A DNA stretch of 64,000 nt from an uncultured delta proteobacterium (GCA_963840855.1 CAWJBB010000010.1:32348-96347), one strand, 5' to 3'. Shown: positions 30,926-41,035, counted from the first letter of the stretch. Program-made: numbers and translations. Notes: a model not told the origin generated them from the letters alone.

Positions 30926-31996
30926 ATGTTCAGCCGAAAAACTTCGTCGGCCAAGTACCGCGCCGTCGCTTTGGTTCCGCTGCTCCTTTCACTCTTCGGC
31001 ATGCCTTGCTGGGGGCAAAATCAAAGGACAATGCCGTTCTACGAGGGGAAAACCATTCAGATTCTGGTTGCCGCCGGTCCCGGCGCGACAACCGATATTT
31101 CAGCGCGACTCGTTGGGCGTTTTTTCGGTAAACATGTCCCAGGAAATCCCAATGTTCTCGTGCAGAACGTGCCCGGAGCCGGCGGGGTAGTCGCGGCTAA
31201 TCAGGTTTACAATCTCACTAAACCGGACGGACTTACGCTTTTGGCGGTCACCCGGTCGAATTATTTGGATCAGATGGTGGGTAAACCTGAAGTCAGATTT
31301 GATTTTCGCAAATTTGGTTGGATTGGTAGTTTCAATAAAGCGCCGATGATGACGGCGTGCCGTTCGGACACGCCCTATAAGAGCATTGCCGCCATCCGCG
31401 CGGCGAAAACGCCGCCGCGCTTCGGGCAAGCGGGTACGGGAAGCATCAGTTATGTCTTTGCCAACCTGATCAGTAAAACATTTGATATGAAGATCAAAAA
31501 CGTCCTCGGTTATGGTTCTGGCCGTGAGATCGATCTGGGGATGGAGCGGGGCGAGGCGGATTGCCGGGCTACTTCGGACATCACGGTGATTCGCACGCCG
31601 TGGAACAGCTGGGTAAAAGAAAACTGGGTTACCTTCGTGGTTCAGCAGGGACCGGAGAAAAGCCGCCTCCTGCCGCCGGTGCCCACCGTGGCCGAGTTGG
31701 CTCCACCGCAATCGAAACCGTATCTGGATTTGATGAACGTCATGCTTGCATACACCGAATTTGACCGTCCCTATACCGCTCCACCGGGCGTTCCGAAAGA
31801 ACGTTTACAGATCTTGCGCGGAAGCTTCGAGAAAATGCTGAAAGATCCTGAATTCACCGCTGAAGCGAAAAAACTGGTGGACTGGGACGGCGCGGCGTTT
31901 TTGACTGGCGAACAACTGCAGAAAAAAATCGAAGTCACGGTTACCCAGCCGCCCGATGTCATCAAGCGAATAAAAGAAATTCTCGAAGAAACGTAA
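30926..31996 (+). CDS. Second TctC/Bug substrate-binding protein (tandem paralog)
   Basis: FYEGKTI, HVPGNP..NVPGAGG, KPDGLT, MERGEAD, RPYTAPPGV; long peptide stretches shared with the upstream gene. Confidence 0.9.
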   Translation: MFSRKTSSAKYRAVALVPLLLSLFGMPCWGQNQRTMPFYEGKTIQILVAAGPGATTDISARLVGRFFGKHVPGNPNVLVQNVPGAGGVVAANQVYNLTKPDGLTLLAVTRSNYLDQMVGKPEVRFDFRKFGWIGSFNKAPMMTACRSDTPYKSIAAIRAAKTPPRFGQAGTGSISYVFANLISKTFDMKIKNVLGYGSGREIDLGMERGEADCRATSDITVIRTPWNSWVKENWVTFVVQQGPEKSRLLPPVPTVAELAPPQSKPYLDLMNVMLAYTEFDRPYTAPPGVPKERLQILRGSFEKMLKDPEFTAEAKKLVDWDGAAFLTGEQLQKKIEVTVTQPPDVIKRIKEILEET

Positions 31997-32112
31997 GATC
32001 CGTCGCTTCGCTCCCGTTCAAGCCGTTCGGGCGGTTCAGGTTCAAGTTCAAAACGTTCCAGATCGTTACTCAAGCCGTTCGAACCTCCCTTCCCTCATCC
32101 TCCCCCGCGTCG

Positions 32113-32255
32113 AGACTGTGTCGCAATCCGCGAAAGCGCGCTGATGTCATGCTGAGCGGAGCGAAGCTCGCATTTTCAAGGTGTTCGAAGACGAGATTCG
32201 GCGGAGTTTATCCTGAGCGTGTCGAAGGCCTCAGAATGACATTACGACACAGTCT
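32113..32255. mobile_element. MITE-like element, 143 bp, 15-bp terminal inverted repeats, 4-bp direct repeat flanks
   Basis: AGACTGTGTCGCAAT (32113) / ATTACGACACAGTCT (32241-32255), 14/15 match; GTCG on both sides; internal TGTCATGCTGAG/CTCAGAATGACA inverted pair. Confidence 0.7.
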
Positions 32256-32308
32256 GTCGCGGAGGATAAAGATAAGAGCCGAACTAAACCATCCTCGCAA
32301 GCGGGTGT

Positions 32309-33670
32309 TCAAAGCTCGATGACTCCCACACCGTTGCGATTCGATACTTTGGTGCCGTAGCGCCGGGAGAGGCGTACGACGCGTTCAATGACGCGATTGG
32401 CCACTTCGCCTTCAGCGAGCAGCGGCCTGCCGCGCTGCGGTCGTGGTCTGGCGAAACCCTGGTCGATGGCGTGAACGCGAATTTCCTTGAGTTTATTTTT
32501 GCTGAACTCGCAGACGGCGAACATGTTTTCCCAATACGCGGGATCGCTGGGATGGCCTTTCTTGCCGCCATTGGTACGAGCGTCGAGAAAATCTGCCGGC
32601 GTGGCGCTCAAGTCCAAATCGAAGCGCTCATAGGCGTCGGCGGGAAAGAAGCCGACGGTTTCATTTTGGAAAACGAAATTGCCGACGCTGTAGAAAATAG
32701 GTTTGTCTTTATAAATTTCTATCCCCATGGGAAAGTGCGAGCCGTGGCCAACAAAAACATCAGCGCCTTCATCGATGGCTTGATGAGCGAAATTAGTGAA
32801 GAAGTCCGCGGTCTCTTCCAACTCCGCGCGGGTCCCCGCCGTGAGCAAGCTTGGCCCGCCGAATTCATGACAATGCGCGCTGACGACGAGCCAGTCGGAT
32901 TGGCGGCGCGCCTCGCGGATCCATCTGAGATTATCTCGCAGATCGCGCTCGTTGACCTGTGTTGCGATGGCGAACCCTTCGCCGGTCACGTAACGGTTGC
33001 CTAACAAGCTTAGCTCGGCTGACTTCGCGTCGGGGATTTCCTTGTCGCTATAGAAATGTTTGCGCGCTCTCTCGGTGCTTTTTTCGAAGCCGAGCTCGCG
33101 GCTGACGCGTTTGAGTTGCTCGAAGGCGGCGGCGTCGACGCTGTACGTCGTCTGAAAGCCGAGAGGGTTGATGCCCGGCCGTCCGCGCAAATCCGGCCGT
33201 TGTTCTCCCGCCTGGTTCCATGGTCGGAAAGTCGCTGTTGTGGCGATCAAGCCGACGCGGCCATTAGGCGTGTCGAGATAGCCCGGGGCTCTTGCTTCGG
33301 CGAGGTTTTTTCCGGTGCCGGCGTGGGCGATGCCCGCCTCATGCAAATGACGAAGGTTCGCTAAAACCCCGCCTTCACCATAGTCGAAAGCGTGATTGTT
33401 AGCGCAGGAGACTATATTGATGCCGAGCCATTTCAGGTCTTCCAGCAGGCTCGGTTCCGTAGTCATAAAGGTGCCCTGGGTGATGCCCGGCGTGCCTTCG
33501 TCCCAGTTGTGGACGGTGCCTTCGAGATTGGCAAACGCGGCATCGCAGCCGCTGAGAATGGTGCGCAACGCCAAAAATCGTTCTTCTTTGAACGGCGTCA
33601 ATTTGCGGGTGAGCATCGTGTCCCCCGCCAAAGCAATGGTAAATTCGCCTTTTTCCGAATCGTAGGGCAT
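32309..33670 (-). CDS. CapA/PGA_cap family metallophosphatase-fold protein
   Basis: AGDTML, FANLEG, ANNHAFDYG, VSAHCHE, VGHGSH, IFYSVGNF. Confidence 0.92.
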   Translation of the reverse strand: MPYDSEKGEFTIALAGDTMLTRKLTPFKEERFLALRTILSGCDAAFANLEGTVHNWDEGTPGITQGTFMTTEPSLLEDLKWLGINIVSCANNHAFDYGEGGVLANLRHLHEAGIAHAGTGKNLAEARAPGYLDTPNGRVGLIATTATFRPWNQAGEQRPDLRGRPGINPLGFQTTYSVDAAAFEQLKRVSRELGFEKSTERARKHFYSDKEIPDAKSAELSLLGNRYVTGEGFAIATQVNERDLRDNLRWIREARRQSDWLVVSAHCHEFGGPSLLTAGTRAELEETADFFTNFAHQAIDEGADVFVGHGSHFPMGIEIYKDKPIFYSVGNFVFQNETVGFFPADAYERFDLDLSATPADFLDARTNGGKKGHPSDPAYWENMFAVCEFSKNKLKEIRVHAIDQGFARPRPQRGRPLLAEGEVANRVIERVVRLSRRYGTKVSNRNGVGVIEL

Positions 33671-33791
33671 GGTAGTTCTCCCAATTAAACACAAAAATAT
33701 TTTGTTGCTCCGCGCTTTTCCGATTCCCTCGCCCGCTCTGCGGGAGAAGGCGAGGTAGTAAAGATTGCATTGATGACGAAATCATTCAACG

Positions 33792-33935
33792 TCATTTTAA
33801 TCCCATCAGTTTCCGATAGGTTTGAAAGTATTCATTATATCTGGACGCCAGAGACATCGGCAGCGGTATGACTTTCATTTTGGCCGGCACTTGTTTCATA
33901 ATCGGCGCCGCGATATCACGGCGCGGCACGTAGTC
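33792..33935 (-). pseudogene. Probable C-terminal remnant of a solute-binding protein
   Basis: DYVPRRDIAAPIMKQVP...YNEYFQTYRKLMGLK resembles Fe-type SBP C-termini; no upstream body. Confidence 0.35.
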
Positions 33936-34200
33936 ATGAGTGAACGCTCCTCCGAAACCAAACTCTTTCACGAGCATTAACGAGCCGAGGATTATCACCG
34001 AGTCTGATTCGCAGTCAACCTAATATTGACCTTGTTAAGTCGCCATTTGATGCGCTTTCGGTTTCCTTTTACATGGGTCGCGTTACCTTGACAACCAGCG
34101 GGAATTCCACTACAAAAATTTAACTCCTTACGACATCCCTGGAGCCTGAATCATGCCCCCAAGATCGGGGGCGTGGTTATATTTAAGCACCAGAAAATAA

Positions 34201-34557
34201 ATGGATCATCCTTACTTTCCACTCGTGGTTCTGTTCGCTCTGGCAGGCTTCGTCGTCCTGGCGTTGCTCTTCGTGGCGCAAAAGGTTGGGCCGAAGACTT
34301 TCAACCCGGCCAAGGCGGAGCCGTTCGAGTCCGGCAATCCGCCCACAGGGGACGCTCGCGTGCGCTTCTCAGTTCAGTTTTATCTGGTGGCAATGCTCTT
34401 TTTGATCTTCGATCTGGAAGTCGTCTTTCTCTATCCCTGGGCAATCTATTTTCGCCAGCTGGGACTCTTCGGTCTGATTCAAATGGCGTTCTTTCTCGGC
34501 ATTTTGGCCGTCGGCTACGTTTACGTCTGGAAAAAAGGCGCCCTGGAGTGGGATTGA
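34201..34557 (+). CDS. nuoA: NADH-quinone oxidoreductase subunit A
   Basis: PFESG, FYLVAMLFLIFDLEVVFLYPWA, KGALEWD. Confidence 0.96.
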   Translation: MDHPYFPLVVLFALAGFVVLALLFVAQKVGPKTFNPAKAEPFESGNPPTGDARVRFSVQFYLVAMLFLIFDLEVVFLYPWAIYFRQLGLFGLIQMAFFLGILAVGYVYVWKKGALEWD

Positions 34558-34563
34558 TTGCCC

Positions 34564-35127
34564 ATGTCTGAAACCAGCCCCCATCTTTCTTACATTCAGG
34601 AAAAGCTCGGCGCGAAAGTTATCGAGACCCTGCAAGCGCAGGGTGACGATGTGATGCTGCTCGATCGCGCCGGACTGAGGGAAAGCTTTCGCATCTTGAA
34701 GGAAGACCCGAAACTCGGATTCAACTTTCTCTCCGAGATTACCGCGGTGGACTATTGGAACAAAAAACAACCGCGCTTCGAGGTCGTCTACCTACTGGTG
34801 TCGCTGCAACGGCGAACCAAACTGCGCATCCGAGTGCCGGTGCCTGAAAGCGAGGCGGCGGTGGAATCGCTGACATCGCTTTGGCCGGGCGCGAATTTTC
34901 TCGAGCGGGAAGTGTGGGACCTCTTCGGCATTCGCTTCAGCGGCCATCCGGACCTTCGGCGCATTCTGCTCTACGAGGAGTTTCAAGGCTACCCACTGCG
35001 TAAGGACTATCCCGTCAATTTGTGCCAGCCGCGCGTGCCGGAGCGCCACGTGGACGGGACTTTCGTCGACGAGCGTTCGCGCATCAAACTCATGCGGCTG
35101 AAGCATTCGCTGGGGCAAAAAAGCTAA
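34564..35127 (+). CDS. nuoC: NADH-quinone oxidoreductase subunit C
   Basis: TAVDY, RFEVVY, EREVWDLFGIRFSGHPDLRRIL, PLRKDYP. Confidence 0.95.
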   Translation: MSETSPHLSYIQEKLGAKVIETLQAQGDDVMLLDRAGLRESFRILKEDPKLGFNFLSEITAVDYWNKKQPRFEVVYLLVSLQRRTKLRIRVPVPESEAAVESLTSLWPGANFLEREVWDLFGIRFSGHPDLRRILLYEEFQGYPLRKDYPVNLCQPRVPERHVDGTFVDERSRIKLMRLKHSLGQKS

Positions 35128-35151
35128 ACCACATCGATTGCGTGGTCCGCG

Positions 35152-36342
35152 ATGAACGCTGAAAGTCACGAATTGCCGGGAGATATCATGGAGCTCCAGA
35201 TGGGCCCGTCTCATCCGGCGACCCATGGCACCATCAAATTCAATCTCAAGCTGAAAGGTGAGAAGGTGCTTGCCTGCGATGTCGAAGTCGGTTTTTTACA
35301 CCGCGGCTTCGATAAGAGCTGCGAGCAGGCCACCTGGACGCAAGTTATCCCCTACACCGACCGCCTCAACTACGCATCGTCCCTGATCAACAACGTCGGA
35401 TATGCCCTCGCCGTGGAGAAACTCATCGGCGCTGAAACGCCGCCGCGCTGCCAGTACATTCGCGTGATCGTCAGCGAGCTAGCGCGCATCCACGATCATC
35501 TGACTTGCTGCGGCATGGCGGCTTCCGAACTGGGCGCCATTACCGCCGCCTTTTACATGATCGAAGCGCGCGAAATGATTACCCGTATCACCGAATACTT
35601 GACCGGCGCGCGCCTGACCGTAACCTACGTCCGCATCGGCGGCCTCAAGCATGACCTGCCCAGGGATTTTTCCATGCGGGTGCGGCAAAGCTTCCAGACG
35701 ATCAGAAAACTTGTGGACGATTGCGACCGCCTGCTTTCGCGCAACCGAATTTTCATCGACCGGATGTCTAACATCGGCGTTATCTCCCGCGAAACCGCCA
35801 TCGGTTACTCGCTGACCGGTCCCATCCTGCGCGCCACGGGTATCAACTACGACGTGCGCAAAGCATTTCCGTATTTAGTTTATGACCAATTCGACTTTGA
35901 CGTGCCCCTGGGCAGCAAGGGCGATAACTACGACCGCTTCGTCTGCCGCACCCAGGAAATCGAACAAAGCATGCGCATCATCGAGCAGGCGTTGGAAAAG
36001 CTCCCCGTCGGCCCGGTATGGATCGACGATCCGCGCTTCGTCCTGCCAGAGAAAGAAAAGGTCTATAACAGCATCGAAGGATTGATGCATCATTTTAAAA
36101 TCATCATGGAAGGCATCCATGTGCCGGCCGGCGAAACTTACTTCGCCGTCGAGGGCGGCAACGGTGAGCTGGGATTTTATATCGTCAGCGACGGCGGCGG
36201 GCGGCCTTACCGTATGCGCGTGCGCCCGCCTTGTTTCATCGCCATGGGCGCGTTCCACAAGATGATCGAAGGATACATGGTCGCGGACATCGTCCCGACC
36301 TTTGGCATGGTCAATATGATCGGCGGCGAATGCGACCGCTAA
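35152..36342 (+). CDS. nuoD: NADH-quinone oxidoreductase subunit D
   Basis: GPSHPATHG, GFLHRG, DRLNY, GELGFYIVSDG, GECDR. Confidence 0.96.
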   Translation: MNAESHELPGDIMELQMGPSHPATHGTIKFNLKLKGEKVLACDVEVGFLHRGFDKSCEQATWTQVIPYTDRLNYASSLINNVGYALAVEKLIGAETPPRCQYIRVIVSELARIHDHLTCCGMAASELGAITAAFYMIEAREMITRITEYLTGARLTVTYVRIGGLKHDLPRDFSMRVRQSFQTIRKLVDDCDRLLSRNRIFIDRMSNIGVISRETAIGYSLTGPILRATGINYDVRKAFPYLVYDQFDFDVPLGSKGDNYDRFVCRTQEIEQSMRIIEQALEKLPVGPVWIDDPRFVLPEKEKVYNSIEGLMHHFKIIMEGIHVPAGETYFAVEGGNGELGFYIVSDGGGRPYRMRVRPPCFIAMGAFHKMIEGYMVADIVPTFGMVNMIGGECDR

Positions 36343-36436
36343 AAGGTTTCTAGTTTCTGGTTCCAAGTTTCTAGTTGGCTCATCCGCTCCGTTAACCAGA
36401 AACTAGAAACCAGGCACTAGAAACTAGACGAAAATT

Positions 36437-36910
36437 ATGGCCATAGAGTTTTCGCCGGAGACGTACAGGAAATTCGAAGAGACGGTGGCGCGCTATCCAA
36501 AAAAGGAAGCGGCTATGCTGCCGGTGCTTTCTTTGGCTCAGCAGGAATTCGGCCACCTCGGCTCGGAGGCCGTCGAATATGTGGCCAGGTTGATGGGGCA
36601 ATCGCCGGCGCGGGTATACGGCGTGGTGAGCTTCTACACCATGTACAACATGAAGCCCATCGGACGCCACCATATTCAAGTCTGCCGCACTTTGCCTTGC
36701 GCGCTGCGCGGCGCGGAAAAAGTCACGAGCTTTCTCAAAAAAACTTTGGGCATCGACTGCGGCCAAACGACGCCGGACGGCAGATTCACGCTGTCCGAGG
36801 TGGAATGTCTGGCTTCGTGCGGCACGGCGCCGATGATGCAGGTGAACGACGATTACTACGAGAATCTGACGGAAGAAAATATGACGGAAATTCTCCAGCA
36901 GCTAAAATAA
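36437..36910 (+). CDS. nuoE: NADH-quinone oxidoreductase subunit E
   Basis: VSFYTMY, CRTLPC, ECLASCGTAP. Confidence 0.96.
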   Translation: MAIEFSPETYRKFEETVARYPKKEAAMLPVLSLAQQEFGHLGSEAVEYVARLMGQSPARVYGVVSFYTMYNMKPIGRHHIQVCRTLPCALRGAEKVTSFLKKTLGIDCGQTTPDGRFTLSEVECLASCGTAPMMQVNDDYYENLTEENMTEILQQLK

Positions 36911-36963
36911 TGACCGAGGACCGCTGACCGTCACCGGTCTGCTGTCGTTACACCCCGATTGAG

Positions 36964-38229
36964 ATGGAAAAGCTTTTACTGCGCAATATCGATGTCCCGG
37001 ACTCTCACATGCTAGCGACTTATCAGTCGCGTGGCGGTTACGCGGCGTGGCGGAAGGTTGTCCAGAGCATGAAGCCGGCCCAGTTGATCGAAGAGGTGAA
37101 GGCCTCCGGACTTCGTGGGCGCGGCGGCGCGGGATTTCCGACGGGCATGAAGTGGAGCTTCGTGCCCAGAGAGAGCCCCAAGCCCAAGTATCTCGTGTGC
37201 AACGCCGACGAGAGCGAACCGGGGACGTTCAAAGACCGGCTGCTGATCGAAAAAGATCCCCATGCCGTTATCGAAGGCACTTTGATCGCCGCTTTCGCGA
37301 TCCAGTCTGCGACGGCGTTTATTTATATTCGCGGCGAGATGGCCTTCGGCACTAAGCAATTGGAACGCGCCGTCGAAGAGGCCTACCAAGCCGGATACAT
37401 CGGCAAGAATATTCTCGGCGCCGGTTACGACCTGGATATGATCGTCCACCGCGGCGCCGGAGCTTATATCTGCGGTGAAGAGACGGCATTGCTTTCGTCG
37501 TTAGAAGGCGGAAGGGGTTGGCCGAAGGTCAAGCCGCCGTTCCCGGCGACCCACGGGTTGTTCGGCTGTCCCACGGTGGTGAACAACGTCGAGACGCTGG
37601 CGGCGCTGCCTTGGATCATCGAGCGCGGCCCGGCCGCCTATGCGGCCATGGGCACGGAGAAAAGCAAGGGCACCAAGCTTTTTAGCGTCAGCGGCCATAT
37701 CGCCAGGCCCGGCGTCTACGAATTGGAAATGGGCTATCCATTTAAAAAATTTCTCGACGAAGACTGCGGCGGCGTGGCCGGCGGCAAAAAACTCAAGGGC
37801 GTGATTCCCGGCGGCGGCTCCATGCCGGTATTGCGCCCCGATGAGCTCGAAGGAGTTAATCTCGATTACGAGTCGGTGCAGGCGGCGGGCAGCCTGCTCG
37901 GTTCCGGCGGCATCATCGTCATGGATGAGACCACTTGCATGGTGAAAGCGGCGTGGAACATCGCGCGTTTCTTTGCGCACGAGTCGTGCGGCCAGTGCAG
38001 CCCCTGCCGCGAAGGCTGTCATTGGATGGAAAAGATCTTTCATCGCATCGAGCAAGGCGAGGGCCAAAAGGGCGACCTGGATGTGATCCTCAACGTGAGC
38101 AGCAACATCATGGGCAATACGATCTGCCCGTTCGGCGACGCCGCGGCGATGCCGGCGGCTGCATTCATTCGGAAATACCGGGAGGAGTTCGAAGCGCATA
38201 TCGCGCAAAAGCGCTGCACGGTAAGCTAA
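36964..38229 (+). CDS. nuoF: NADH-quinone oxidoreductase subunit F
   Basis: GLRGRGGAGFPTG, NADESEPGTFKDR, GAGAYICGEET, ESCGQCSPCREG. Confidence 0.97.
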   Translation: MEKLLLRNIDVPDSHMLATYQSRGGYAAWRKVVQSMKPAQLIEEVKASGLRGRGGAGFPTGMKWSFVPRESPKPKYLVCNADESEPGTFKDRLLIEKDPHAVIEGTLIAAFAIQSATAFIYIRGEMAFGTKQLERAVEEAYQAGYIGKNILGAGYDLDMIVHRGAGAYICGEETALLSSLEGGRGWPKVKPPFPATHGLFGCPTVVNNVETLAALPWIIERGPAAYAAMGTEKSKGTKLFSVSGHIARPGVYELEMGYPFKKFLDEDCGGVAGGKKLKGVIPGGGSMPVLRPDELEGVNLDYESVQAAGSLLGSGGIIVMDETTCMVKAAWNIARFFAHESCGQCSPCREGCHWMEKIFHRIEQGEGQKGDLDVILNVSSNIMGNTICPFGDAAAMPAAAFIRKYREEFEAHIAQKRCTVS

Positions 38230-38309
38230 AAGCGGTCAGAGTTCAGCGATCAGATATCGGCAAGGACTGCCGACCGCTGACATCCGACAGCTGATAGCTA
38301 TTGAAGATC

Positions 38310-39899
38310 ATGGATCCAATTAAGATCAATATCGACGGCAAGGAGGTCGCCACGGCCAAGGGCAAGACCGTGATTCAAGCGGCAGCCGAAGCAGGTATTG
38401 CGATACCGCATTACTGCTATCACCCCAAGCTCTCCATCGCCGGCAACTGCCGCATGTGTCTGATCGAGATCGAGAAAATGCCCAAACTGCAGATCGCCTG
38501 CAATACCCTGGCGGCCGAGGGCATGTCGGTGCTGACGCAAAGCCCGAAGGTTTTAACGGCGCGCAAAGCCGTGCTCGAATTCCTATTGATCAATCACCCG
38601 GTGGATTGCCCGATTTGCGATCAGGCCGGCGAATGCTGGCTCCAGGACTACTATATGGAGCACGACCGCGCGGCGAGCCGCTTCGATCTGGGGAAAGTTC
38701 ATGACCGAAAAAAGACAGTTTTCGGTCCGCACGTAATCTTCGACGGCGAGCGCTGTATCAAATGCACCCGCTGCGTGCGCTTCTGCCAGGAGATTTCCAA
38801 GACCGACGAGCTGGCGGTAGTGAGCCGCGGCGATCACTCGACAATTTCGTTATTCTCGGACGCCGCGCTCGACAATCCGCTGTCCGCCAATGTCGTGGAT
38901 ATTTGCCCCGTGGGGGCGCTCACCGACCGCGATTTTCGCTTTAAAGTGCGGGTTTGGTACCTGGAAAAAACCCCTTCGATCTGCCCTGGTTGCAGCACGG
39001 GCTGCAACATCAGCGTCGAGACCTATCAAAACCGGATCTCGCGCTTCAAGCCGCGCGTCAACGAAGCGGTCAACAGCCACTGGATTTGCGACGAAGGGCG
39101 CTACTGCTTTCATGATTTAACCGGCGGGGAACGCTTGACCACGCCGATGATTCGTCACGAAGGCGGCCTGGCGCCGGCGACCTGGGAGCAGGCGCTGCAA
39201 GCGGTGCTCAGCGGACTGCGAGGCCTTGAGTCGCTTGGCGGCATTCTCTCCGCGCGAAATACCAACGAAGAAGCCTTTTTGTTCGCCAAGCTCATGAAGA
39301 AGTTGTGCGCCAATGCGGCGCTCGAAGTCGTCTACCAAGAGCGCGACCTTACGGCGACGCAGAGAATTCTCATGAGCCCGGACCGCGCGCCGAACTTCCG
39401 CGGCGCCCGCGATATGGGCGTCGCTTCAAATGGCGGTTTCGACGCGCTCATGCGCCGGCTGATCGCCGGCGACTTGCCAGCTGCTTATGTTGTGGGCGAG
39501 GATCTCCTCGCTTGCAACGGTGATGCCGGCGCGGCGCGTGAGGCGCTGCAAAAACTTTCTTTCCTGGTGGTCCAAGATATACGCATGACGGAAACGGCAA
39601 AACTCGCTCACGTTGTTCTGCCGGCGACTCATTTCGGCGAGAAGGAAGGGACCTACACCAACCGCCAGGGGCGCGTGCAAAAGCTCAATGCGGCGGTGAT
39701 TGCGCCAGAGGGTGCGCTGCAAGACAGCGAGATTTTCCTGCGCTTGCTGGAATCGACGGAAGAAAAACTCGACTGCGTGACGCCGGCGCAAGTTTTCGAC
39801 GCATTGGTCAAAGAAGTTCCGGCCTACCAAGGGCTCAGCCATGCCGCGCTTGGCGATCACGGGGTGCTGTTGGGCGGGGGAGCGGCGCAGTCGGCATGA
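38310..39899 (+). CDS. nuoG: NADH-quinone oxidoreductase subunit G (short form, about 530 aa)
   Basis: PHYCYH..GNCRMC, NHPVDCPICDQAGEC, CIKCTRCVRFC, CPGCSTGC...CDEGR. Confidence 0.93.
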   Translation: MDPIKINIDGKEVATAKGKTVIQAAAEAGIAIPHYCYHPKLSIAGNCRMCLIEIEKMPKLQIACNTLAAEGMSVLTQSPKVLTARKAVLEFLLINHPVDCPICDQAGECWLQDYYMEHDRAASRFDLGKVHDRKKTVFGPHVIFDGERCIKCTRCVRFCQEISKTDELAVVSRGDHSTISLFSDAALDNPLSANVVDICPVGALTDRDFRFKVRVWYLEKTPSICPGCSTGCNISVETYQNRISRFKPRVNEAVNSHWICDEGRYCFHDLTGGERLTTPMIRHEGGLAPATWEQALQAVLSGLRGLESLGGILSARNTNEEAFLFAKLMKKLCANAALEVVYQERDLTATQRILMSPDRAPNFRGARDMGVASNGGFDALMRRLIAGDLPAAYVVGEDLLACNGDAGAAREALQKLSFLVVQDIRMTETAKLAHVVLPATHFGEKEGTYTNRQGRVQKLNAAVIAPEGALQDSEIFLRLLESTEEKLDCVTPAQVFDALVKEVPAYQGLSHAALGDHGVLLGGGAAQSA

Positions 39900-41035
39900 T
39901 CATCGATATCGCCATCGTAACCGCCAAAGCATTCCTGGTGCTTTTCATGGTTCTCAATCTCGCCGGGGTGCTCGGTTGGATCGAGCGCAAGGGCAGCGCC
40001 TTGATTCAGGACCGCATCGGCGCCAACCGGGCGTCGGTCTTCGGCTTCGCGGGCTTGGGCTTAGTGAACACGCTCATCGCCGATCCGCTGAAATTTCTGA
40101 CCAAGGAAGATTTCATTCCGCCCGCCGGCGACAAGTTTCTCCACACGCTGGCGCCCTGCATGGCGTTGTTTCCCGCGCTGGTCACCTTCGCCGTGATTCC
40201 CTTCGGCGACGTGCTGGTGCTCGGTGAGCGGGTGATCAATCTGCAAGTCGCCAATATCAACATCGGGATACTTTACGTCTTCGCATTCGCTTCGCTGGGC
40301 GTGTACGGCATCGTCATTGGCGCATGGGCCTCCAACAATAAGTTTTCCTTGCTCGGCGCCGTGCGCGGCTCGGCGCAGATGATCTCCTACGAGGTCGCCA
40401 TGGGGCTTTCGGTCATCGGCGTGCTCATGGCCTACGGCACCCTTGAGCTGCAAGAGATCGCGCGCAGCCAAGGCGCCCTTATGGCCGATTTGTTGCCCGA
40501 GTCCTGGAATGTAGCCAGGCTCGCCATCGGCTGGCTGCCGGCCTGGGGCGTTTTCCTGCAGCCCCTGGCGTTCCTGCTATTCTTTGTCGCCGCGGTTGCC
40601 GAAACCAAGCGGGTGCCCTTCGACTTGCCCGAAGCCGAATCGGAACTCGTCGCCGGCTACCATGTGGAATATTCCGGCGGCAAGTTTCTCATGTTTTTCG
40701 CCGGTGAGTTCGCTGAAATCGTCACGGCATCGGCACTGATCACGACGCTTTTCTTCGGTGGCTGGCAGGTGCCGTATTTGCAACGCGAGGGATTTTACTT
40801 TCCCTGGGGCGGCAGTTGGCTTTTGCCCCATCTCGCCGTGGTGCTGTTGCAAGTGGGCGCCTTCACGCTGAAAGTCATCTTCTTTTGCTGGCTGCAAATC
40901 CTTTTGCGCTGGACCGTGCCGCGCTTTCGTTACGATCAAGTGATGCGCCTGGGGTGGAAGATGCTGCTGCCCCTGGCGCTGGTGAACGTGCTGATCACGG
41001 CTCTGGTGATTTTTTATTTTCAGGGGACTTCGTAA
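39896..41035 (+). CDS. nuoH: NADH-quinone oxidoreductase subunit H
   Basis: ERK..QDRIGANR, AQMISYE, PFDLPEAESELVAGY, PRFRYDQ. Confidence 0.96.
   Translation: MIIDIAIVTAKAFLVLFMVLNLAGVLGWIERKGSALIQDRIGANRASVFGFAGLGLVNTLIADPLKFLTKEDFIPPAGDKFLHTLAPCMALFPALVTFAVIPFGDVLVLGERVINLQVANINIGILYVFAFASLGVYGIVIGAWASNNKFSLLGAVRGSAQMISYEVAMGLSVIGVLMAYGTLELQEIARSQGALMADLLPESWNVARLAIGWLPAWGVFLQPLAFLLFFVAAVAETKRVPFDLPEAESELVAGYHVEYSGGKFLMFFAGEFAEIVTASALITTLFFGGWQVPYLQREGFYFPWGGSWLLPHLAVVLLQVGAFTLKVIFFCWLQILLRWTVPRFRYDQVMRLGWKMLLPLALVNVLITALVIFYFQGTS

Noticed and set aside
30224-31996. 590-aa double-domain TctC fusion
   Set aside because: The middle section is out-of-frame text; the first gene ends at 30875 in another frame and the second has its own signal peptide from 30926.
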